Assembly (NCBI GenBank): GCA_004764695.1
Contig: SMSO01000031.1
Span: forward strand, 7,918,761 to 7,982,760
DNA: 64,000 nucleotides
Origin: Schizochytrium sp. TIO01
Taxonomy: Eukaryota; Protista; Bigyra: Labyrinthulomycetes
Reading direction: 5' to 3'
Numbering within the stretch: the first letter of the stretch is position 1; each line of letters begins with the position of its first letter. The notes beneath the pieces were generated by a model that was given only the letters and a program-made list of their open reading frames with translations, did no database searches and was not told the origin of the DNA. A program made the position numbers and the translations under genes. Positions 35,001-45,130 of this stretch are shown one piece after another.

Positions 35001-35814
35001 GGTTCAGTTTACCTAGAATACCTACCTAAGCAGTGTACCCAGTACTGAGCCTACCAACCTACTAAAGCCAGGAAGTATTGTCCACGCAGCTAACTTTACT
35101 GAGGGGCAGGGAGCTTGCGTAGATTGATAAATGTATTGCTTGATCAAAATGGCTAGGCCGGACGCCACAGTTCGACGAACAATTTGCTGGACCCTTCACT
35201 GCTCTTGATACTGACTTGAAGCAAATTGGACAATAAGTGCTTCCAATCCGGATATAATGGATAATGCAGAACCAAGCATACCAAAGCTACTGACCTATCA
35301 AGGGAGCTATGCAGCTCTTACTTCAGTAACGTTTTGGTGCAATTGGTGTTTGGCCTGCTTTTTCAATCTGGTGCTCCTAGGTCTGATTTATGAAGTATTT
35401 GATAGTTAGGAAACATTGCCCTGGATTCAGGTAGCACTAGTCGAAGATTATTAATCTACAGAACCTAAAATCTCCTAGTATACCTCACAACAGTAGTCAT
35501 AAACTAGCAGAGCTATTGGGCGTACTCCGTACAATTCAAGACGAACGATGTGTTCTGTGCTTTTAGAGCAGCAAGGACAATACTTAGATCATGTTAAAGT
35601 AGTAATTTACTCTGTTTGTTCTTCATAGTGTATGTACCCAATAACTCGCCGTGAAGACGCGAATGCCTAGGTGTTGATGGAGGCTCATACCTACAATCTA
35701 GATGGTTTCGCACATTATGGCACCACTTAAGTTCTTGACAGCACCAAACGAGTTCTTGAATATTGTTGAAATGTGCGGCGTTCTTTAAATTTAACTTGAG
35801 AAGACATGTAAGAC

Positions 35815-38469
35815 TCATGCTGAAAGTGCAGAGTCTGGACGTGGTACATAATTGCGTACATAATTTGCAGGAATCATGCCACGGTTACCAGAAGCGTCGG
35901 ACGCATCCAGCCAGCCGCCGTCCTGGTCAATACCATGAACGGTTAGAACCTCACGCTTATGAATGGTAAGGTCACATGGATCTTGAGCTTCGTAATCAAA
36001 GATAGCAATCACTTGCCGACTTGGACCATCGTACGAAAAGGCTGGATCACCTTGAAAGCTAGATTCACGTTTTTTAGATGCAGAATTTTGAGAAGTAACT
36101 TGCGATTCTGCAGGTTTGTTCGTATTATTCCCATTGGAAGGCTTGGGTGGCTCAAAATTCTTCAACGAAGGAGGAGAATCCACGCCGGGCATTTCCCTGG
36201 TTCTTGTGAAGTTAGGGCTTCCCCTTGCTGGCAAAGCTGTTGTAGAGCTTCCTGAGGGAACGCTGGAAGGAGGTGGAGGCGGTTGAGACAACTTAGCAGG
36301 TGTTTTCTGCTGCTCTTCAAGCGGCTGATTTTGTTGCCGATAATTGTTTACAGAAGCTTTGACTTCACTTTGAAACTCGGAGTGAGCTCTCTGTAAGACT
36401 TGAGACGATTGAGTACTAAATTTTGGCTGCAAACCTAAATGCGATGACCTAGGAGTTGTCCCATTTCCACCGGAGGAAGAAGGCTTGATAGATCCCAAAG
36501 GCGATGGCGAAGGACGCTTCGTAGGGCGAGGGGGCAGACGAGATGTAGGACTCTGCAAGGCTTGCTGGTTAGTGCTCGGACTACCATTTGAGAGCTGAAA
36601 GCCGTATGCTTTCGCGTCAGCAGCAGATGCAGCCTGCGTATAGTTTTCAGGAAATGATCCTACCCGGCCGTCGCGAGATCTTCCTTCCCACCAGCCTGAT
36701 TCATCCTTTTCTAAGACCTGGATGATTTCGTCTACCTCCATGGTCAGTTCAGAGTCTTCTTCTGCAGCATAATGAAATAATGCTCGGACGAAATCAACAT
36801 GTCCTGCGTTTTTCACGACATATTGCATGTCATCAACATCTTCATCAGCATCTTCCTGATCATACGAGTTTTGGGTGTTTCCCTGTTGTAGAGAGCGACC
36901 ACTGTTGTTCAAGCCCTCATTGTAACCCTCGTCATCTTCGGTATTAACTCGGATTGCAGATGCATCGCTATTGAAACGTTCGTGGCGCGAAGGTGAAGAA
37001 TTCGATGGCGATGAAGATGGAGATTGTGATGAAGACGAGGACGCGGAAGCACATGTTATGCTAGATTGAGCTGTACCAGGCCTCTTTGTAATCATTGGCC
37101 GCAGGGGCATAGCGCGGGAGTTTGCTAGCTGAATGCCAGCAAGCTGCGAAGGTGTAGGTGGTGAAAAGTGAGGTGCCATAGATGCACCTTTGGGGGTCGT
37201 AATCTCCCGCCGAGGTAGCACCCCGTGATCCGAAGAATGAACGAAAGCCCCCATGGCCATGGCGGAAGAAGAACGCTGATGCTCTTGAAGCATTGGGGCC
37301 TTCGGAGCCGAACTAATGTAGGAGCTCGATGGAGATTCATGCGATCCATGGTCTGGGGTTGTTGGTAGTGAATCTGAAGACGTGTATAAGTTATCCATGG
37401 ATCCTGATGTAGGTACAGGGGGGGGAGTGTTACGAATTCCTATGTTCAGGCCACCACCTACAAGAATCTCGATCTCTGACTCTATTTTTGGAGTTACGAG
37501 CTTCTCAAAAACAATAGGCTCAGGCGGAGGACGTAAGTTACGTCTAACAAAACTCTCGGTATCTTTACGGCTATCTACATGCTCAACGCAATTTTCAAGG
37601 TCAGAAACAACCTGACCAAATTGATTGGCTAACTCAGTATAAGAATCAATGACTCCGTGAATTAGTGCTTTGATATACTCAATTCGACTTTCCTCTAAGA
37701 TTTGAAGTTCCTCAAGGATACGTTGCATACCTGCGATATAATTAGATCGGAACGCTCGTAGCTCTTCTACAGCTAAACGATACTGTTGTTCAGATTCTTG
37801 AACAATGATAAGTGCATCAGTGGTGCGCTGCCACAGCTTGCTGACCTCATGTAAGGCCTTCTCTTGGTGTGCTTTTTCTTTGAGCGCAATAAGTTGCTCA
37901 GCGTCTTTACAAGATTTTTCATACTTGGCCTTCGCGCGCTGAAACGCTTGGTCTTGCGCCTGCATAGCCTTGCGCAGTTTAGCCCCTTCAAGTTCAAGCT
38001 TTCGCTTCGTCTGGTTCTGCTCCCTTCGAAATTGGTGTAGCTGAGTACCCATGGCGCTCACCACGCTACTCAAGCGTGATTTTGCCTCTCCGATACGCAT
38101 GAAGCTCGAGCAGAACACCTCTAATACGACACCGAGAGAGCCTTCCTCACACGCTGGAAGCTCATATTTCTTGCGCGTGAATGGGATCTTAGATATGTAG
38201 TCCTTCTCAGCCGCAGACCACTGCACAAGACCAGTAGCAAGGTCTTTCGTCGATTGCTTTGTGCCGTTTGCTTGTTCAAAGCACAGGTCAACACCATCCC
38301 AAAGATCGATATATTTCACTACACGCTCCAAGTCAGGCTCCCCTTCCTCATGATTTGCCTGCTTCGTCTTTTGCACATCAGCAAGAATCGAACGTGCTGT
38401 GCGCCCTCCCGTAGCCTCATTCGTGGAAGAGAAGCTCGTCACGAGTCTGCGAACACGCTCGCCTGCCAT
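35815..38469 (-). CDS. F-BAR (FCH) protein with two SH3 domains
   Basis: The first in-frame ATG is at 38469 (MAGERV). It has an LWDG...AEKDY FCH start and helical F-BAR (YEKSCKD...LQILEESRI), SH3 #1 (ALFHYAAEEDSEL...GWWEG...GSFPENY), a Pro-rich linker and SH3 #2 (AIFDYEAQDPCDL...GWL...GMIPANYV). Confidence 0.92.
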   Translation of the reverse strand: MAGERVRRLVTSFSSTNEATGGRTARSILADVQKTKQANHEEGEPDLERVVKYIDLWDGVDLCFEQANGTKQSTKDLATGLVQWSAAEKDYISKIPFTRKKYELPACEEGSLGVVLEVFCSSFMRIGEAKSRLSSVVSAMGTQLHQFRREQNQTKRKLELEGAKLRKAMQAQDQAFQRAKAKYEKSCKDAEQLIALKEKAHQEKALHEVSKLWQRTTDALIIVQESEQQYRLAVEELRAFRSNYIAGMQRILEELQILEESRIEYIKALIHGVIDSYTELANQFGQVVSDLENCVEHVDSRKDTESFVRRNLRPPPEPIVFEKLVTPKIESEIEILVGGGLNIGIRNTPPPVPTSGSMDNLYTSSDSLPTTPDHGSHESPSSSYISSAPKAPMLQEHQRSSSAMAMGAFVHSSDHGVLPRREITTPKGASMAPHFSPPTPSQLAGIQLANSRAMPLRPMITKRPGTAQSSITCASASSSSSQSPSSSPSNSSPSRHERFNSDASAIRVNTEDDEGYNEGLNNSGRSLQQGNTQNSYDQEDADEDVDDMQYVVKNAGHVDFVRALFHYAAEEDSELTMEVDEIIQVLEKDESGWWEGRSRDGRVGSFPENYTQAASAADAKAYGFQLSNGSPSTNQQALQSPTSRLPPRPTKRPSPSPLGSIKPSSSGGNGTTPRSSHLGLQPKFSTQSSQVLQRAHSEFQSEVKASVNNYRQQNQPLEEQQKTPAKLSQPPPPPSSVPSGSSTTALPARGSPNFTRTREMPGVDSPPSLKNFEPPKPSNGNNTNKPAESQVTSQNSASKKRESSFQGDPAFSYDGPSRQVIAIFDYEAQDPCDLTIHKREVLTVHGIDQDGGWLDASDASGNRGMIPANYVRNYVPRPDSALSA

Positions 38470-40275
38470 GATAGTACGGCTTCGCCTGCTGTACTGTTCC
38501 ACGAAAGAACGAGCCCAGGCCAGCAAAGGTCTGGGTTTGCTCTTCAATCAAATGCAAACGTGCTCCTTGTATAGAAACCTAACTTGAAAGTAACTCCCAC
38601 GTATGCGTTAGAAGCTTTGTCCCAGAAATTAATATCAGCTGAGTTGATTGCGTGGAAAGTTTTCGCAGAGTATTGGCCGCACGCCGATAGCTTGGTCTAC
38701 TGCTCTCCGCTACGAGCCGCAGCAAAGCCCGAAATGAAGTGCAGCGAAGCTGCTCTCAGACTTCTTGATCAACAATTCCAGGCTGGCTGGTCTGTGGGCG
38801 TGCTTTTGGACATATGCGGCTTCTACAAAGCCCCAAGTATATCTGAGGACGAGCAAACTAGCCACGATATGTTAAAATGCTTTTGTCAAACCAGCAAACG
38901 CCAGGGTGACAGTCTCAGAGAGCGATTGACGATGTCGCTCGAAGACTTTCTTTGAGCAATCTGCATACACAACCTTGAAGACCTCAGCTGCCAGAGCAGC
39001 CGTGATAGCCGGGCAACCTCTGAGATCACCTTCCGTTGCGCTGTCCAAACCTGTTGGAGAACTCGAGCGTCTAAAGAGTCTGTGCAAGTTGCTTCGACTT
39101 GAAGAATGGCGCCCTGCAAAAGGACAGAAACGAAGCGCCCACCCCAAGGTGGTCAAATATGATTCTCAGCAGTACACAAGTCCCAAGTCGCACCAAGGGC
39201 AGTTCTAGTGTCATCAACTACGAGCTATTCTTGGAGAAAGGCATAGTTTGCGACCAGAGCGGGGTTTGGCTCACATGGCACTTCATGCACTAGCAAACTC
39301 CTCGAGCTTGCAGGCGCAAAATGGGACCGTGGATATCAATAAGATTACCATGATGTGATTTTTTTATTAATGTAATAAATAATTAATTTTATAAAAGAAC
39401 AATTAAAAAATGTGCCATACTTTATAAGAAAAATAAAAATAAAAATGTTATGATTTGGACTCTATCAGTGGAAATGCTTAAACATCAAGCAATAGATGTG
39501 CGACAGGCTGAAAAGAGACCTGGAAGGTATGGCAGAGGATGTCCTTGAAGGGGCCTTGGTGAACAAGCTGAAGGAAGGCCCTGGTAATAATATCGGCTGT
39601 AGCAGTTTGGAGTTGAGAGGGATATGGAACGTCTAAGTTTCCCCAGTAAGTTGCGAAAGCTGCTGCTAGGAACTTTAACAGGCAGCGATAGAAATGACCA
39701 TGATCAGAACTTTTTCCAATTTATTCATTCAACATGGTGCTGCATTTTGGGCAAGGAGAATCAAGGAATCGTTTCCTGCAGAATCACGAAGTGTTCCAGA
39801 TAGAGCTGAACCTCTGTCACATGAGTATCTTATTCTTCTATTTAAAAGAAACCATGACGTTTTTAATTTCTCACAGTACCGAGAAATAAAACCATATCAT
39901 TGTCTTTGGCTGTAATGTAATCAAATTCATCTGCTTCTAACATACACAGACAGTCATCCCAAACTTATAAAGTGCTCGTAGATACATTTTATGTCAATAA
40001 AAACTTAGGAGAGCAATCAGTTTAGCTAAAAGACTTCGCGCATGAAAGGCTTCGTAATTCAAGGATTATGGAAACTCACCCTTGTAGTACGCAAATCATG
40101 ATCCGCAATTTGTTAAATTAAAGCTGGTTAGAGGTTTAAAAGAAAATATGAGATGGAAGCTGATATTATACTATTTCGCTTCTGCACACGCATATGGAGC
40201 TGACACTTTGAAACCACACAGGTCTAGGATTCTATGGAGTTCTTTTTTTCATTGCAAAACTGGTTTTCTGATCGA

Positions 40276-41343
40276 TTATTTAGCCCGAGCACGACGACTG
40301 GGCTGCACACGACGCTTTTTATTAGCCTCAGAGCTATCTGATTCATGCTCCTTCACGGCCTCCTCTTTAACCCCGGAGGAGTCTTTCTCTGCTGCGGCAG
40401 TAGTCACTTTCTTTGCAGGCGCTTTCCTCTTTCCCTTGGTGGCTTTCTCCGTTTCGTCTGAGTTCACATCGGTAACTTCGTCCTTTTCCTCCTTTGCGGA
40501 AGCAGAACCATCCTTCTTTACTGGAGTTTTTTTCTTGGTTGCAGGCTTCTTAGCTGCAGCTTGCTTAGGCTGATCAGAACGTTCAAAGAGTACCTCGTTG
40601 CCATCTACACGCAGAAACTTGAACCGTCCCTCGGTGCCTGTGAATGCCTTGAGGTCTTCGAGGGAGGCTACTTTACTCTGGATCACAAAACGAGTCATCA
40701 TGCCACGGGCCTGCTTAGAAAACACACCAGGAAGCCCACGTGCACCACCTGCCTTTACGCCCTTGAAACGGAGGACTTGAAGGTCATGGTCCTTCTCCAA
40801 TTTCTTAAAGTCGATTGCCTTGGCATATTCTTCACTCGCGCAGTTTAGAATGATTTTGGCGCCCACCGCCTTGGCGTGCTCAGCAAGAGCATCCGTAAGG
40901 CCATGTTGATGCCAAAAGTTAACCAGGTTCTTCGCACCATCCACTTCAAACTTAGTACCCATCTCCAAACGGTAAGGACGAATGGCATCATCAGGCTTAA
41001 TCATACCGTATAGACCAGAGAGTACCACAAGTGACTTGTTCATTTGCTGGCGGTCCTCGGCTGACATGGAGTCTACATCCAGCGACTTGAAGGCCTCACC
41101 ATCAAAGAGGTCTATCGCTACATAATCCGTGGCATCCTCCCAAGTTTGATATCTTTCATTGTTGAGTTTCCCAAGCGCATCTGAAATTCCCATGAGCTTA
41201 CTAAGCTGCGCGGCACTGTATCCCTTCAACTCAGACAAGAGCACCTTGGTCTGCTCCGCCATGATCGGCGTTGACGCTCCCTTTGGTGCCTGAAATTTGG
41301 CCAGCTCACGCATAGCCTTCGCAGGCGACAGAAGGCACAACAT
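40276..41343 (-). CDS. yaaA: YaaA/UPF0246 peroxide-stress DNA-binding protein with Lys-rich C-terminal tail
   Basis: The ATG at 41343 gives MLCLLSPAK. Family motifs: LSKLMGIS..L..LN..RY, LSGLYG..KP.D.I.PYRLEMGT, ILNCASEEY, KQARGMMTRF. Confidence 0.92.
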   Translation of the reverse strand: MLCLLSPAKAMRELAKFQAPKGASTPIMAEQTKVLLSELKGYSAAQLSKLMGISDALGKLNNERYQTWEDATDYVAIDLFDGEAFKSLDVDSMSAEDRQQMNKSLVVLSGLYGMIKPDDAIRPYRLEMGTKFEVDGAKNLVNFWHQHGLTDALAEHAKAVGAKIILNCASEEYAKAIDFKKLEKDHDLQVLRFKGVKAGGARGLPGVFSKQARGMMTRFVIQSKVASLEDLKAFTGTEGRFKFLRVDGNEVLFERSDQPKQAAAKKPATKKKTPVKKDGSASAKEEKDEVTDVNSDETEKATKGKRKAPAKKVTTAAAEKDSSGVKEEAVKEHESDSSEANKKRRVQPSRRARAK

Positions 41344-42658
41344 TCTTCCTATGCAACGTGCGTTAATGATCGCCAAGAAGCAAGCTTTCAAGCTTTGTTT
41401 TGATGCAGGTTTGTGGCTTCTTCACGTTGGCATGATCTTCAAGTTGAGCAGAAGACAAACGAAATGAATGAAACACAAGAAGTTCTAACTAGGCTCTAAT
41501 GATGCCTAGTAAGAGGAGCTTGGCGGCCATCTATAAGTTATATATACCTAACTACCATGAAAGAAGAGAACAATTAAACAACTTAAAAAAGAAAGAAACT
41601 ATTATTGTCTTCAAATTAATTAAGTAATGCCGATTTCCTTGCTACGATGATTATGTATATTGGTTTATTAGAGAGCTGCCACAACAGACACCTGGTTGAA
41701 TCAAAGTCTATAACAGAGAGCTGCAGCTCAATAACCTCTAGTTAGAAAATGCTCTTTTGATGTTCTGATTATAGCAGGAACATTTCGAGTTTAGCCTAAT
41801 GCGACCCTCGCGAGCGATGTAGGACGCTAAACATGTACATCGCACTTTAATCGATCAGGAGCGATTTTACTACTCTCCAAGAATAACAAGATGGTGCATA
41901 GCTGAAGTACCTTATTTGATTTCTATCTATACCTGATGTTCTTGATGTGTGCTATCAAAAGGTGAACTTCTGGTGGTTGATTCATCGTAGAAACTACTTT
42001 CCAAGCTGTGAGGGGTCTGGCAAAACGTAGAAACATTCATTCTCTTAAGTAGGAGCACAGAAACTGAACCTCGATATAAGTTAACACATGCAGAGAAATG
42101 GGCGCTCTCCAACCCCGCAAATCGAAAGTTCAACAGGATTATGAGTGAGATCTTACACAATTGTTTTCTTCCGGCAAAGGCGAAGTCGTGCAAACACAAT
42201 ATGATATATTATGATTTGCATGTTTAACAGCTGTTTATTCCCTCCACACAAGACTTCGAACTCATTCTGAAATCAAAACATGCATCTTTGCATGTACTCT
42301 CCAAGACACAATCATCTGATTCCCCCTCACGTATCAATTGTTGCCGCTCACTCGTGAACAATGTCTATGTTGCTCCTGTTTAACGTGAAACTTCAGAAAT
42401 CATGGCAGAGGCAGCAGCATCTTGCTGCAAAAAGTAGACTTTGAGAACAACTTTGATATATGCTTAAAAGGTCTATTCAAAGATAGCCCATTTATCATGA
42501 TGCTGTGGACGTCAACGCCGACGAAGCAAACGTGAATACGGACTCCTTCGGCTCCAATCTTGTCACAAATCGGTACCGCCCTCGAGGCGTGATACTCGCG
42601 AGATTGCTAGCGACACCTAGCTGCCACTCATCCGCCCACGTAGATCCTAAGATCAAAA

Positions 42659-44359
42659 ATGGCAGCCGAGGATGCGACTACTGCCGACGCGGCTACAAAA
42701 GACGCACCGCAATCTACTTCTTTAACGCAGGAAGTTCAAGAATCCAAAGCTGAAGATGCAAGCAATAACGAAACCAAGAGCGACATCAATAGTGCCAACA
42801 ACAGCGCGAATAACAGCGTTAGCAACAGTGTTACCAATAGCGTGAATATTTGCAACAGCAACAGTGCCAGTGCCAGTCCTGTGACACGTAGACGACCTCG
42901 CACAGAAGCCTCTGCTCCTGCTGTGACTGTGGACCCTGGCCAACCTCAGCTCTCTTCTGAAGAAGGCGTAAACGTGTTGAAGAGTGCTCTGGCATTTCTG
43001 AAGGCTACTCCGAAAGGTGGAGACGAGTCTGCTAGTAGCGCAAATGCAGAGAAAGTAGAGGATGCTTATCTGTCAGGAGCCAATGGAGGGTCTGACTTTT
43101 CATCCAGGACCATTGAAAACTACGAGATCATACGCCAGGTGGGACTGGGTACGTATGGAGAAGTGTACAAGGCGAGGTGCAAGGCTGGCAATAAGCTTGT
43201 GGCTCTGAAGAAATTGCGCGTTCACAATGCCAAGGAAGGATATCCACTTACGGCGTTGCGGGAGATTAAGATCATGCAGCAGCTCAAGCATAAGAACATT
43301 CTTGAGCTTATTGAGATTATTCCCTCCTCGACGCAACTTCGCGAAGATGATCTTGGGGAAGTTTATATGGTCATGGAGTATCTTGACAACGATCTTACAG
43401 GCATTATGGAAAACCCATCCTTCAAGCTTTCAGAAAACTACATCAAATGCTACCTGAAGCAACTTCTTGAAGGGATTCATTACATTCACACTAATGAAAT
43501 CATTCATCGTGATCTTAAAGCAGCTAATATCCTCGTCTCGAACGACTCAAAACTCAAGATCGGGGATTGGGGCCTGAGTCGCTCATGGAAGAAAAATCGA
43601 AAGTACACAAACCGTGTAGTAACCCTATGGTACCGCGCCCCTGAGCTCCTCTGTGGTGTCCTTCAGTATACGACTGCCATTGACATGTGGGCTGTAGGCT
43701 GCATCTTTGCTGAATTACTGGGCTATGGTTCTCCTTTACCTGGAGAGAATGAACTTGATCAGCTCAAGCGGATCTTTGAGCTTTGTGGTACTCCCACAGA
43801 AGAAACGTGGCCGGGTGTTTCCCAAACTCCTGCATTTCAGAGTGTTAACTTTGAAAAGAAAGAATCAACAATTGATGCACGATTTGCGCACAAGATGAAG
43901 CCATTGGAGTTTGACTTGTTTAAGCGTATGCTTACACTAGACCCTCGTCACCGGATCAGCGCTGCCGAGGCTCTTGACCATGACTATTTCTGGCAAGGTA
44001 CTCTACCTGGGAACCCAGAGGAGCTTCCTCGTCTTGCGGGGGATGGTCTTCATGAGTTTGAGCTAAAGGAACAACGTCGACTGCGTAAGGAGGAACAAAA
44101 CCGCGCAGCAGGGGTGCAAGGCCGTCCTGCGGGGAATGGACGGGCAGGTGCCCACCATGGTGTATATGGAAGAAGGACTAGCGGTGTTGGTGCATCGAGC
44201 AGCAACGCTGGACCTCACGTATCTTCGACAGATCCATCTGCTCATGCAGGAAACACTGGCCACTATAACCGTGGTCGGTATGGAAACAATGAGCACCGTA
44301 GTATGCATAGAAATATGACGTATACCAGACCGAAAGATAATAACGATGCTTCAGCATAA
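42659..44359 (+). CDS. Cyclin-dependent kinase, CDK9/CDK12/CDKC (CTD kinase)-like
   Basis: GLGTYGEV, VALKK, GYPLTALREIK (PITALRE type), HRDLKAANIL, DWGLSR, YTNRVVTLWYRAPELL and the HEF motif after the kinase domain. Confidence 0.93.
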   Translation: MAAEDATTADAATKDAPQSTSLTQEVQESKAEDASNNETKSDINSANNSANNSVSNSVTNSVNICNSNSASASPVTRRRPRTEASAPAVTVDPGQPQLSSEEGVNVLKSALAFLKATPKGGDESASSANAEKVEDAYLSGANGGSDFSSRTIENYEIIRQVGLGTYGEVYKARCKAGNKLVALKKLRVHNAKEGYPLTALREIKIMQQLKHKNILELIEIIPSSTQLREDDLGEVYMVMEYLDNDLTGIMENPSFKLSENYIKCYLKQLLEGIHYIHTNEIIHRDLKAANILVSNDSKLKIGDWGLSRSWKKNRKYTNRVVTLWYRAPELLCGVLQYTTAIDMWAVGCIFAELLGYGSPLPGENELDQLKRIFELCGTPTEETWPGVSQTPAFQSVNFEKKESTIDARFAHKMKPLEFDLFKRMLTLDPRHRISAAEALDHDYFWQGTLPGNPEELPRLAGDGLHEFELKEQRRLRKEEQNRAAGVQGRPAGNGRAGAHHGVYGRRTSGVGASSSNAGPHVSSTDPSAHAGNTGHYNRGRYGNNEHRSMHRNMTYTRPKDNNDASA

Positions 44360-45130
44360 ACTTCTGTATCCTTCTCCATGAACTCGCTCTGGTTCTCCCT
44401 TTTGAGGAGCTGCTGTCTACTCCGAACCTTTCTTTTCTTTTTTATACAATGACCTTATTTCCCACCAAGATAAGAGGTATACCAGAAGTAAGATACCTCA
44501 GGTCACTCTAAAGCCTTGCTTTTCTTGGCGAAAATGATATTGAAACGAAAAACCTAGCACTCCTGAGGTGAAATGAATTTGTTATAATATCACCGCTACA
44601 TTCCTGACTGCACACTTGCCCTCTCTGCTCGTTGTTATTTCGTTTTCGCTTTTTACGTATGACCATTGCGTTGGACAGCCTTCCAAGAAGAGACATTCTT
44701 CTGCCTAGCAAAGTAGCAAATCAAGCAATTTTGCCACTTATATTTCCTTTACTTTGATCATTGCTTTCTTTGGAGTTTTTACTCTCTCTGCCTTGCTTGA
44801 GTTCATTTGAGTATTTGAAGGCTTGGCTTCGGCATTTGAGGATGATAAATTTAAACGGAATGAGGAGACGCGCAGTATTGAATTGGTTAATTAGATGTTT
44901 GTATGCTCTCCCTTTTTACTTGAGTTAAAATCAATACCTTTAATCCTGCTTTTAAACATTCGAATATAAATGATTATTTGGGGCTATTCTGCTAGAAAAC
45001 TAACTGATAAAAACAATCACACAAAAGATCTGAAACTGATTTTGTTTACTTGCTAACCAGCACAGAGTGTTTAACTGAATAAGGACCAAAGCTGTACATA
45101 TTTTGTTTTGATTGAAAACATGAACTCATT

